Counted from the stretch's first letter, positions 53,772 through 63,418 are shown. The stretch: 64,000 bases of DNA from Candidatus Kuenenia stuttgartensis (GCA_945860915.1 CAMARR010000001.1:287277-351276), one strand, 5' to 3'. Translations and numbers: made by a program. Notes: generated from the sequence alone by a model not told the origin.

Positions 53772-54101
53772 TCAGACCCTGATACTCGTTCGAACCCAGT
53801 CGAGGTAGGACGCAAGGCCTGACTCAACTTTGGTCGCGATAATCTCGGGGCACTGGTACGGATGATGCGCGCGGATGGTGGCAACCAATGCCTCCCACCG
53901 CGCGTTCGTCGTTTTAAGGATCAGAAGTTCCTCCGACGTTGTTTGGACGCGCCCGTCCCACACATACGTAGATTCCATACCGGGCAATCGGCTCGCACAC
54001 GCAACGAGTCGTTCTTTCACCAACAACTCGGCGAGTTTCCTTCCGACACTGGCATCGGGAACAGAAACCATGACGACGAGGACGGCATCGTCATCCGCCA
54101 T
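53772..54101 (-). CDS. cutA: Divalent-cation tolerance protein CutA
   Basis: MADDDAVLVVMVSVPD...LVACASRLPGMESTYVWDGRV..EELLILKT. ATG 54101 has SD GGAG 7 nt upstream and overlaps the lolD stop by 11 nt. Confidence 0.85.
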   Translation of the reverse strand: MADDDAVLVVMVSVPDASVGRKLAELLVKERLVACASRLPGMESTYVWDGRVQTTSEELLILKTTNARWEALVATIRAHHPYQCPEIIATKVESGLASYLDWVRTSIRV

Positions 54102-54819
54102 GGGACGGCTCCGTAAATGCTCCCACCACACGGCCGTCTTCGAGCATCACCCGACGCGAGGCAGCATCTGCCATTCGAGCATCGTGAGTCACAATGACGA
54201 ACGTCTGGCCGAGCGTCGCGTTGAGATCACGAAACAGGCTGTGAACCCCCGCCGCAGTTCGCGGATCGAGGTTTCCGGTTGGCTCATCACAGAACACGAT
54301 CCTCGGCTGAGTCATCAGCGCGCGTGCGATCGCTACGCGCTGACGCTCGCCGCCGGAAAGCTGGTCAGGCTTGTGCCGAACGCGCGATGCGAGTCCTACC
54401 TGACTAAGCAACTCTCGGGCACGCGCTTCGCGCGCACTCTTCTCGCGAGGCGCACGGTGGGCCAGGCCCGTTCCCTCGGCGACAAGCGAAGGGAACATCA
54501 CGTTCTCCAACGCCGTGAACTCGGGAAGCAAGTAGTAAAATTGGAAAACGAATGCGATCTCCGTGGCGCGAATCATGTTCCGACGAGAGTCGGGAGCCTG
54601 AGCAAGATCCTCGCCATCAAGTAGGACGGCTCCCGAAGTCGGACGATCTAGCAAGCCTAGGATGTGGAGAAGCGTTGTCTTTCCAGACCCTGACATTCCC
54701 ATGATGGCCAAAAGTTCACCGCGCTCGACCGACAGATCGACGCCCTTCAGGATCTCGAGACGTTCGTCTCCGATGACGAAATGGCGCGTGACTCCTCGCG
54801 ACTCGTAGATTGCAGTCAT
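54091..54819 (-). CDS. lolD: Lipoprotein-releasing/MacB-type ABC transporter ATP-binding protein
   Basis: 242 aa. Walker A GMSGSGKTTLL, LSGGERQRVAIARAL, VFCDEPTGNLD. Confidence 0.85.
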   Translation of the reverse strand: MTAIYESRGVTRHFVIGDERLEILKGVDLSVERGELLAIMGMSGSGKTTLLHILGLLDRPTSGAVLLDGEDLAQAPDSRRNMIRATEIAFVFQFYYLLPEFTALENVMFPSLVAEGTGLAHRAPREKSAREARARELLSQVGLASRVRHKPDQLSGGERQRVAIARALMTQPRIVFCDEPTGNLDPRTAAGVHSLFRDLNATLGQTFVIVTHDARMADAASRRVMLEDGRVVGAFTEPSHGG

Positions 54820-54820
54820 G

Positions 54821-56137
54821 TCATTGATCCTTCAGACACCTGACGGGATCGAGGCGTGCCGCCGCGGCTGCCGAAATCGCGCCTGCCAATGTCGCAAGGA
54901 GAAACGCGCCTAGCGCTACTCCCCCGATCCATGCTGGTTCCATGCGCGTCGGAATGTCCTTGAATCGATAGATCTCAGCAGAAAATACTTCAATGTTCAG
55001 AGGGGGACGGGCCAGAAAATCCTTGATTGCATTCACGTTGGCTGCGATGACCATCCCGAGCCCCGCTCCGAGGACGGCCCCGACCAATCCGATCAATGCA
55101 CCACACCCAAGGAACACAATCGTGACTCTGCGGGATGACATTCCCATGCTGCGAAGAATGCCTATGTCCTTGCGCTTCTCGGACACCATCATATTCAGGA
55201 TGCCGAGAATCGACCCCGCGGCCACCGCGATGATGAAGAACAGAATGATGACGATGATCATCTTCTCCACGCGGATCGCACCAAGAAGCGTGCGGTTCTT
55301 CTCCTCCCAAGTCGTTACTTCGATCGTCGGATAGGAGCTTTCCAGGCGGGATTTAACTTTCGCCACGTTGCCGGGATCATCCACCTTCACCTGAACCGAT
55401 GCGCAATCGGGTCGTGTGCGATCGCCGCCGTACACGGCCTGCCCGAAGTCAGCCGAAGTCATGTAGACATAAAGCGAGTCATAGTCTTCCCGGCCCGAAT
55501 CGAAACAGCCGACTAATTGAAAGACCTTGTTGCTCGAGCCAAACGACACCTCGCCATTGTCGTTGTTTTTGAGCGTAACGCTCACGATCTGAACGTCATC
55601 ACCCAGCCTCAGATCAAGCGCATCAGCCAGGCTCGTACCCATGATGAGGCCCGGAAGGATCTGATTAGCGAACGGGTCATCGAGAGCCTCTTGACTGACG
55701 CGCAGGTGAGCGTGCTCAGCCCGAAGATTCTCGGTCATCATCTTCTTGAGGGGAATCACTTCCGCCTCGCGCTTGAAGTCGATCCCCGTGATTCGGACCG
55801 GAAGCTGCTTCGAACCACCGATGGCTTTCGTATTCGCGGCCATTCCCAACGCCTGCCGGTGAGGCGCAAGCGCGACTAAGTCGCCGCCTGCCGATTTCAT
55901 CTCCCCTGCGAGAATCCGCTCGACCTCGGCGAGGTGTCGCTGAACCATGTACCCACGCACCGAAACGGTGAGGTCCGATTCCGTGCCCCGGACATGGGCT
56001 TTCACGCGGTCTTGGAAGCCATCCATGACCGCAACCACTACGGTATTAGCTGCGACGCCAATCGCGACGAACAACATGGCCCAGAATGCAACACGTCGCG
56101 ATCCGACGTAGCGAAACACAAGGGTCAGCACATCCAT
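54821..56137 (-). CDS. lolE: Lipoprotein-releasing system permease (LolC/LolE, FtsX-fold)
   Basis: 438 aa. N-terminal TM, a large periplasmic MacB-like domain, and a C-terminal FtsX 3-TM bundle (KDIGILRSMGMSSRRV). Confidence 0.85.
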   Translation of the reverse strand: MDVLTLVFRYVGSRRVAFWAMLFVAIGVAANTVVVAVMDGFQDRVKAHVRGTESDLTVSVRGYMVQRHLAEVERILAGEMKSAGGDLVALAPHRQALGMAANTKAIGGSKQLPVRITGIDFKREAEVIPLKKMMTENLRAEHAHLRVSQEALDDPFANQILPGLIMGTSLADALDLRLGDDVQIVSVTLKNNDNGEVSFGSSNKVFQLVGCFDSGREDYDSLYVYMTSADFGQAVYGGDRTRPDCASVQVKVDDPGNVAKVKSRLESSYPTIEVTTWEEKNRTLLGAIRVEKMIIVIILFFIIAVAAGSILGILNMMVSEKRKDIGILRSMGMSSRRVTIVFLGCGALIGLVGAVLGAGLGMVIAANVNAIKDFLARPPLNIEVFSAEIYRFKDIPTRMEPAWIGGVALGAFLLATLAGAISAAAAARLDPVRCLKDQ

Positions 56138-56205
56138 GCGGGGATGCTAACCAAATGGGCGGATAAGGCGACGCGGTTTCCAACTTGGCCCTCTGTCCGT
56201 ACACC

Positions 56206-57951
56206 TCAGGGCATCGGAATCTCGGATGCTACACGTCGAACAGGGAACGGCTTCCAATCTAGGTGACGCCTCACGTCTTCGAGTTCTGGTGCGACCCGTC
56301 GGGGAGCCGAACGCGGTCGATCTCCACCTTGACCGATGTTTCCGATGATAAGTTCCGGCAGCGCATGCTCGAGCGAGAGTGCTTCGATGACGGCGTCATT
56401 GAGCGCCTTCGGAGACCACCACGAAGGCGCGACGCCAAGGTCATCAAGACGCACTTGAAGATGGGCTGCGGCAAGCCGACGCATCATGTTCTCGCCGAAC
56501 GCAGCCCATCCAATCACCTCATCCGCACGTGCAGTCAGGCGATCTTCGCGCTTCTCTGCAGCGAGCGCTCGCAGGTCGGCAAGCGCGCCCTTTCCGCGAC
56601 GGTATACGGTGGATAGGATTGCGACATCTCGCACTTCGGGATCTCGATCATCAAGGCCTACGAACTTCGGCAGCGCCGATTGAATCTGCAGCGCCGACGC
56701 GACAATGATCGAAACGAGACGAACATCGGCGTGGCGGTCGTTTAGGGAATTCTCGATCCCCTGGGGGACGGCTTCGCCCGCGAGCAAGACCCCTATAACG
56801 GCACACGCGCGGACATACTCCGACGGATCTGACAGATACGGAACTAGGGCGTGCCCTCCACGAGCAACGGCAAGCAGCGCGCCCCTCGCGCGAACCTTGG
56901 CATCTTGATCCCGCGAGATGCCTTCGTTGACGAGTTTCATCATGGCGCGAGAATCCCCCCGTCGCCAAATACCTGCGATCGCCGACGCTCGAACTGAGGG
57001 ATCTTCGTCCTTGGTCCTCGCCATCAAGAGCGCAACGTCCCCCTCAGTCCCACCCTCAACCAAAGCGAGGGTCGCCAGACGACGAATGCGGTCGTCACTT
57101 GATGAGGCAAGTGGCCGAACCCAATCAGCCCCTGAAAGATCGCCGCGAATCGCAACTGCAAGCAGGAGCGCCGCCGGGATTCTCTCAACCGGAGTTGACG
57201 TGAATTCGCTTAAGGCACTTTGCATCACGTCGCTCGTGAGTCGCGACAGGGCCAAGAGAGCCGCAGTTCTTGCGCGAGGGTCGCGACCTGTGAGGCGGAG
57301 TGCCTCGAGTGCCATAGCCGACGCAGGATCCCCGATCTCTGCGAGTGCGATGCATGCCGAGACCTGATCACCTTTGACATGCCCCGAAGCCACCATTCCA
57401 AGTGCCGTCGTTGCGCTCGGCGGCTTAATCGCCCCGAGAACCAGGGCTGCGTTACATCCAAGCAAGTAATTCCCCGATCCAAGCTCGCGAAGGAGAATCG
57501 GCACCGCCCGCCCGCCCATCTTCATGAGCCGCCTGCGGACCTCGAGTCGATCGGTCCCAGATCCTGCGCGTAGCAATCGGAAGAGCGTCTTGACTTCATC
57601 GGATTCCGAGTTGAGAACCCCCGGGGCAGGCGTCCACCTCTCCCATTCGTGGGGCATCGGGGCCTGAGCAGTACAACTTCTTGTGGATAGCACCCAAAGC
57701 ATGATGCCAACTGCACTTAGCATCAGATTCCGTGATGTTGAGAACTTTGTGGAAAAATCGCCCAATTGACGCGGAAATGTATGGACAGCAATGGGCTCCG
57801 GCACTACATTCGCGACGTGCCTAGCACCGATTCCCCTTGCGGCAATCTGTGCTCGCACATCGAGGAACCAGCGCATGACAACCTGCCAAGCACTAGCACG
57901 ACCAACTACGCCGCTATCAGCCGACGGACCAATCATCAACGACTCGATCAT
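56206..57951 (-). CDS. HEAT-repeat (PBS-lyase-like) protein
   Basis: Repeated units of about 30-35 aa of the type DPxVRxxAaxALgxig (DPRARTAALLAL, DDRIRRLATLAL, DPSVRASAIAGI, DAKVRARGALLAV, SEYVRACAVIGV, HADVRLVSIIV, DPEVRDVAIL). ATG 57951 makes an ATGA overlap with the upstream giant gene. The alternative ATG 57723 would expose a signal peptide (MLSAVGIMLWVLSTRSCTAQA). Confidence 0.7.
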   Translation of the reverse strand: MIESLMIGPSADSGVVGRASAWQVVMRWFLDVRAQIAARGIGARHVANVVPEPIAVHTFPRQLGDFSTKFSTSRNLMLSAVGIMLWVLSTRSCTAQAPMPHEWERWTPAPGVLNSESDEVKTLFRLLRAGSGTDRLEVRRRLMKMGGRAVPILLRELGSGNYLLGCNAALVLGAIKPPSATTALGMVASGHVKGDQVSACIALAEIGDPASAMALEALRLTGRDPRARTAALLALSRLTSDVMQSALSEFTSTPVERIPAALLLAVAIRGDLSGADWVRPLASSSDDRIRRLATLALVEGGTEGDVALLMARTKDEDPSVRASAIAGIWRRGDSRAMMKLVNEGISRDQDAKVRARGALLAVARGGHALVPYLSDPSEYVRACAVIGVLLAGEAVPQGIENSLNDRHADVRLVSIIVASALQIQSALPKFVGLDDRDPEVRDVAILSTVYRRGKGALADLRALAAEKREDRLTARADEVIGWAAFGENMMRRLAAAHLQVRLDDLGVAPSWWSPKALNDAVIEALSLEHALPELIIGNIGQGGDRPRSAPRRVAPELEDVRRHLDWKPFPVRRVASEIPMP

Positions 57952-60900
57952 GTAAGCCCCTTCTGCGTCCGACGGCGCTCCTCGGTCAGCCTCGCCGCTT
58001 GCGCCGTGATCTCGATAAGCCGGGCCATCTCAAATGGCTTATTCAAAATCAGGTCGATATCCCGCCCGGGTGCCTCATCGCGATCAAGTTCGGCGCCCCA
58101 ACCGGTAACTAAGACAATCGCGACGCACATATCCACCTTACGGATAGCGGCTGCCAACTCAAAGCCATTAACCGGCACCATCCCAAGATCAGTCAAGACA
58201 AAATCGAGCTCCCCTGCTTCAAGATTCGCGATCGCCTCTGCGCCATTCTCATACGCGTCAATGTGCACTCCGACGTCTGATAAGACGTCACAAATCACCG
58301 CGCGTACGCTCGGCTCATCGTCGACCACCATGCCTCGCACCCCGTTCATTGAGTGAACAATCGACGGACCTTCCTCAACTCGACTTTTTACCGACACTGA
58401 CTGTGGAAATACGACCTGAACGCGAGTCCCTTGACCAATCCGACTCTCAACGGAAATGGACCCGTGATGGCGCGAGACAATTCCGAATACAATGCCCATT
58501 CCGAGCCCAGATCCGTCGGAACTCGTGGTGAAGTACGGATCAAATAAGTGCTCTCGGACATCCTCCGTCATTCCAATCCCAGTATCACCAACCGTTACAA
58601 GGACATGTGAATCCCTAGCCTCCGCGGCAAAATTCAGCGAACCTCCAGCAGGCATCGCCTTGATCGCATTTAAAGCAATATTGGTGAATACCTCGCGCAA
58701 CTCGGAAGCACATCCCATGACCGATAACTCTAAGTCCGCGGTCATCGAAACTTCAATGCGAATCCCCATCCGAAGCGCATCAGTTTCCCATCGCGATCGA
58801 GTGAACTCCACAACGTCTGCAAGCAAGTCGCGGATCGGCACCGAAGAGAACGGCACATCGCGGCGTGTCCGAGCAAAGTCCTGCAACCTCTGAACGACAA
58901 GTGCCCCATCTCGGGCAGCTTTTTCGATGGTCTTGATCGCTGGCAAAATGGGTGAATCCGGGTGGCGCAATTGGATTTCTTGAGCACGCCCAAGAATCGC
59001 CGCAAGAAGATTATTAAAGTCATGAGCCACGCCACCCGCCAAATCTCCGACGAGCTTAAGCGCCTCATTTCTTCGACGCTCTTGCTCGAGGCGTCCGCGA
59101 TCAAGAGCCACGGCGACCTGCGCAGCAAGGGCTTCGAGAATCTCAAGATCTGTGTCTGAGAAGTGCCCAGAAACCAAACGATGATCGACATAAAGCAGAC
59201 CGATCGGCTGACCATTTTTCAGCATCGGAGCCGCCATCACGGAACGCAGCTCAAGGTTCGCAACGGACGCAGCCACATGAAGGGTCCCGTCTCTCATGGC
59301 ATTGTCGAAACGCATCCCGACCCTGCCTTTTATGGTCTCTTCAACAATATGGCGGGAGATCTCGCTCTCGGGATCATCGATGGGTTCGCGAAGCATCGTC
59401 CGAGCCATCGTCACTCGTGTCCGCCCCTTCTCATCGACAAGAACTAGGAATGATCGCTCGGCTTTGAAAAGTTCGACTAGCCCTTCGCAGATGTTCACAT
59501 GAAGGTCTGCGTCGGAACTTGCATTCGAGAGCTTCTTAGCCACCTCAAGCACGCCACGAAGACCATCGCCACGATATCGGCTCGCGGGCGCTCCATGCCG
59601 CTCGGCGTCGAATAGGGCATCCTTCAGACCCCGAAGGAAATCGGTTACGGCAACGTCTTCGATCCTCGGCCTTGATGTCTTAACCTCTTGTCCGAGGTCA
59701 GCGACTTCTCGTCCAAACTCTTGGACAGCCGGATGCGCCAACCATCGCTCAAGAGACTCGCGAGATGTCAGTCCGTGGGCAACGCGCTCGAGTGCCTCGA
59801 ACGCGTCATGGTATGCAGCACGTGCCCTGTGGGGTTCTCCTGCCTTGCGAAACGAAGCCCCAAGACCACGGGACGCGCGGAAACGCGCCCACGGCAAGCC
59901 GTGCCGTTCCGCTGCGCGCGCGGCTTCGACGAGTTCCGGGATGGCCTCTCGACATGCAAGCGCGCCAACCGCGACAGCTGCCAGCCCGAGAATTTCTGCG
60001 GCAATGGCTCGCGTTTCGACGGGTGGCATCTCGCTTATCACCGAGCGCGCCAAGTCATAGGCGGCGCCGGAGCGGCCAAGAACGAGCCACGACTCCGCGA
60101 TGACGAGCTTAAAATCGCAGGCGTCTTCCACGACACCTTTCTTCTGACCAACTGTCGCCTCCGCCTCCGCTTGCCGCGCATCTCCTGTCAGAAGCCACAA
60201 ACGCGCTCGGAGCAACGCACAGCGGGAAGACAATTGTCTGCTTCCTCGGCTAGCTTCAACCCGTTCCACCAATTCGACCGCGCGCCACGCCTGACCAAAA
60301 CAAGCCATCGTAATCCACAAGTCAGCGAGATTGATGCGACGAACAAGAGCGCCGGCGATATCCCCTACTTGTCGGTCGAGTCGTTCCGCGTCGGCATAGT
60401 GCCGCGCGGCCTCATCGTGAGAGCCCTGAAGATGTGCCACGGCGCCGAGGTTGTTCAAAACCATGGCCTGGCCGCGCTGGTCACCGATACGAATGAAGAG
60501 CGACAAGGCTCGTCCATAGTGTCGTTTCGCCGCGTCAAGTTCACGTCTTTCAAAGTGAACATTGGCTAGGCTGAGGAATGACGATCCCTCTCCCGCAACA
60601 TGACCGGCTTGCCGTCGAAGTCGCATGCTGACCGAGAACTGCTCGATGGCCTCAGAGCCACGGGCGAGACGACGGAGCACGACCCCGAGGTTGTTAGCTG
60701 TGTCGGCCAGCCCCAAAAGGTCACACTGTTCCTTACGGAGAGGAATTGCTCGTCGGAATGCCGATTCCGCGAGGGCGAGATCGCCCGCCGCGAGGTAGGC
60801 CGAACCCTCGCAGTGTGCGGCCCTGCCAAGGAGTGCGACGTTGCCCTCGGCTGAGGCAAGGTCCGCTGCTGCACGGTGGCAAGAAATCGCGAATGCGGGT

Positions 60901-63347
60901 CTTCCGGCAACACGCTCGAGTTCACCTAGGAGGATCAGATACCGTGCCGCACGAGTACGTTCATCCTGCGCGACGTCGAGTCTCGCTAGGCGCCGTGTGT
61001 CACTCGGTCCTCCGACAAAGACACGCGATGGGATCGCCGTGTCGGCCCACCCCCGCGCGCTCCCCAAAACCGCTCGTGAGTCTGCCGGCCTTCCTGCAGC
61101 CAAGAGTAGTTCGGCGAGCTCGATCGAAAGCTCCGCCCTCTCCGACTCTGAAAGATAAGGCGACGTCGAAAGAACCGCTTCGATACTACGGCATGCCGAG
61201 GCTTGGTCACCTTCGCGCATCGATGCCCGTGCGAGGCGGATCGCTAACTGAGCGTCACCCGACGTGTCTGACCCGACCGCATGCACGAGGACCTGACGAG
61301 CCGATGACGTGCGCCCGCGAGACAGCCGCAAGTCAAACAGCCAAAGTGCCGAACAGCGCGTGACGAATGGTGAGACTCGCGCCTTGAGTAGTAGTGTTTC
61401 GAGCAGGAGCGCAAGCTCCACCTCATTTCCTGCCGCGCGCAGCCGACCCACCTGAGTCAACGCCAGATCAAATGTCCCTTCCATCAGACCTCCAAAGAGG
61501 CGATGGACAACGATGGCGTGTTGCACTCCATCTGCGTCGCCTAATGAAGTCGCTAGAGCGATGTCAATGCTCGCGTCGCGTGGATTCGATAGGTGACGAG
61601 CCAATCCAATGTCGACCAAAGACCATCCTTGGTCTGCATGATGAACTTCACCAAGCTGCTCAAGCAGGGCAAGCGCGCTCTTTGCAGAATCACCCGCCGC
61701 TGCAAGGAGCACGCCTGTCGATACTGACGCAACGGCATGGGCGAGCACGGCGAGCACCTGGCGCGCCGGCACAGGAATTGATGCTACGCGCGCATCGAGC
61801 CTCCCATTGCATCCCAGAGCATCAGCGAGCGGGGCTCCTCGACTTATGAGTCTGAGCCCCTCGACGATGGCCTTAGGATTACCACCTGATTCCGCTACAA
61901 GCGTGTCCATTGCGGCTGGATCCACGAATATCGGCGCCGTCAGACGTGCGAGCTGCGAAGATTCTGCATCCGACATGGGCAGAATCGGTATGACGGTGGC
62001 GGCGCCCAATGATGCTTCGCCCTCGATCCATTGTCTTACGCGGTCATCTACGAGATTTGAAGGATCGTAGGCCACCAGCACTTGAACGAGAACACCATGA
62101 TGCCCACCATCCCCATCCTCGCCAAGCTGTCTAAAGAAGTGCCCAAGAAACTCGCGCGACGTCTCGTCGAGGAGATCCATGTCGTCAACGACGAACACGG
62201 TGCGGCGTCTCCTCGCTGCCCGCAGCACCGAGTCCGCCATGCGATCGAAGACACCTGCGCGATCGCGGCAAGAAGCCCGGTCAATCCACGAGGCTCCTTC
62301 CGTGCGCGATTCGTCAACGACCGACAAGCTCGTCAGCAGTCTTCTAATCGCACCGAGGGTCCCCCATTTGTCGATCACACCTTTCGCGCCGACATCGAGG
62401 ACCCGACACCCGGAAGCCGTAAGCGTCGCTGCGACTTTTGAGAGTAGACGAGATTTCCCGGAGCCCATCGGGCCACGAATGGCGACCACTGGGACGGCGT
62501 GATGGAGAGACTCACCTCGGATCCGAGGAAACGATCGAAGGACCCGTTCGAGAAGCAATCCCCTCCGCACCCATGGGGGTCTGACTCGAGGCGAAATCAT
62601 GGGGTCGCCCCCAAGCAACCTGAGAGCCGCGTACGCATCGGTTGGACGATTCCTCGAATCCCGTTGCAGCGAGGCACGGACAAACGGCGCTAGTCGGCCA
62701 AATCTCTCGTCGTCCACCACGGTGGATTCATCTCGGAGATCGCCAGTTAGCAACTCAACGAGCGTCGCCGCCAGCGACCAGAAGTCAGAGCGCCTGTCAG
62801 GTCCGCCACGCCCAAGGAACGCCTCCGGCGCCGCGTACGTCGCAGTCCCGCGCCCGCCTCCTGCCACATCCGTCGCCAAATCGAGGTCTAGCAGGGTCAC
62901 ACGCCCAGTGGCGGTGTCGAGGACAATATTCCTTGGCTTGACATCAAGGTGCGCGAGCCCGCGGTCGTGCAGTTCGGCGAGGGCACGAAGAACTTGATCG
63001 GCAACATGCATCGCGGTGTCCACGCCGAGAATTCCAAGTTCATTCAGGGTCTTACCCGGCGCACAGTCCATGGCGAGCCATGTCACATCAGTCGCGGCAT
63101 CGACACCAAATCCCCTCGCTCGAACAAACCCTGAAGCCTCGATATCGGCCAAATGCCGGTACTCGTCGGCAAGTCGTGCCGGCCTGCCCGACGTCAAATC
63201 ACGTCCGAAAACGGCCTTGACCACACATGGTCCACCGAGGATCGCGTCATGCGCGACGGCAACCACGGACTCCCCTCGATGGAGAATGTCCGTGAGTTGG
63301 AATCGTCTGCCGAGATGGATCCCGGGCTCGAGGTTCTTGAGGCTCAA
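57948..63347 (-). CDS. Multidomain sensor: Ser/Thr protein kinase + AAA/STAND ATPase + TPR + GAF + histidine kinase + receiver (1,799 aa)
   Basis: Kinase motifs VVK (K44), HLDVKPRN, APE. Walker A GPMGSGKS and Walker B VFVVDDMD. TPR-like NNLG repeats. GAF-like block. H-box AHDFNNLL, N box NIALNAIKA, G1 GDTGIGM, G2 GSGLGMG. Receiver VVDDE...LTD...LNKPF. TTG start at 63347. Confidence 0.9.
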   Translation of the reverse strand: MSLKNLEPGIHLGRRFQLTDILHRGESVVAVAHDAILGGPCVVKAVFGRDLTSGRPARLADEYRHLADIEASGFVRARGFGVDAATDVTWLAMDCAPGKTLNELGILGVDTAMHVADQVLRALAELHDRGLAHLDVKPRNIVLDTATGRVTLLDLDLATDVAGGGRGTATYAAPEAFLGRGGPDRRSDFWSLAATLVELLTGDLRDESTVVDDERFGRLAPFVRASLQRDSRNRPTDAYAALRLLGGDPMISPRVRPPWVRRGLLLERVLRSFPRIRGESLHHAVPVVAIRGPMGSGKSRLLSKVAATLTASGCRVLDVGAKGVIDKWGTLGAIRRLLTSLSVVDESRTEGASWIDRASCRDRAGVFDRMADSVLRAARRRRTVFVVDDMDLLDETSREFLGHFFRQLGEDGDGGHHGVLVQVLVAYDPSNLVDDRVRQWIEGEASLGAATVIPILPMSDAESSQLARLTAPIFVDPAAMDTLVAESGGNPKAIVEGLRLISRGAPLADALGCNGRLDARVASIPVPARQVLAVLAHAVASVSTGVLLAAAGDSAKSALALLEQLGEVHHADQGWSLVDIGLARHLSNPRDASIDIALATSLGDADGVQHAIVVHRLFGGLMEGTFDLALTQVGRLRAAGNEVELALLLETLLLKARVSPFVTRCSALWLFDLRLSRGRTSSARQVLVHAVGSDTSGDAQLAIRLARASMREGDQASACRSIEAVLSTSPYLSESERAELSIELAELLLAAGRPADSRAVLGSARGWADTAIPSRVFVGGPSDTRRLARLDVAQDERTRAARYLILLGELERVAGRPAFAISCHRAAADLASAEGNVALLGRAAHCEGSAYLAAGDLALAESAFRRAIPLRKEQCDLLGLADTANNLGVVLRRLARGSEAIEQFSVSMRLRRQAGHVAGEGSSFLSLANVHFERRELDAAKRHYGRALSLFIRIGDQRGQAMVLNNLGAVAHLQGSHDEAARHYADAERLDRQVGDIAGALVRRINLADLWITMACFGQAWRAVELVERVEASRGSRQLSSRCALLRARLWLLTGDARQAEAEATVGQKKGVVEDACDFKLVIAESWLVLGRSGAAYDLARSVISEMPPVETRAIAAEILGLAAVAVGALACREAIPELVEAARAAERHGLPWARFRASRGLGASFRKAGEPHRARAAYHDAFEALERVAHGLTSRESLERWLAHPAVQEFGREVADLGQEVKTSRPRIEDVAVTDFLRGLKDALFDAERHGAPASRYRGDGLRGVLEVAKKLSNASSDADLHVNICEGLVELFKAERSFLVLVDEKGRTRVTMARTMLREPIDDPESEISRHIVEETIKGRVGMRFDNAMRDGTLHVAASVANLELRSVMAAPMLKNGQPIGLLYVDHRLVSGHFSDTDLEILEALAAQVAVALDRGRLEQERRRNEALKLVGDLAGGVAHDFNNLLAAILGRAQEIQLRHPDSPILPAIKTIEKAARDGALVVQRLQDFARTRRDVPFSSVPIRDLLADVVEFTRSRWETDALRMGIRIEVSMTADLELSVMGCASELREVFTNIALNAIKAMPAGGSLNFAAEARDSHVLVTVGDTGIGMTEDVREHLFDPYFTTSSDGSGLGMGIVFGIVSRHHGSISVESRIGQGTRVQVVFPQSVSVKSRVEEGPSIVHSMNGVRGMVVDDEPSVRAVICDVLSDVGVHIDAYENGAEAIANLEAGELDFVLTDLGMVPVNGFELAAAIRKVDMCVAIVLVTGWGAELDRDEAPGRDIDLILNKPFEMARLIEITAQAARLTEERRRTQKGLT

Positions 63348-63418
63348 AGTGGGGCGTCGGACACTGGCGCAGCCGACCCACGTATCATAGCGGCAGCCGC
63401 ACCAAGGGGGTGGCTCTC

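Noticed and set aside
53875-54624. 249-aa plus-strand ORF
   Set aside because: It is antisense to cutA and lolD, both of which have strong family motifs.
59688-60569. 293-aa plus-strand ORF inside the giant sensor gene
   Set aside because: It is an antisense shadow ORF. The minus strand carries coherent TPR/GAF sequence.
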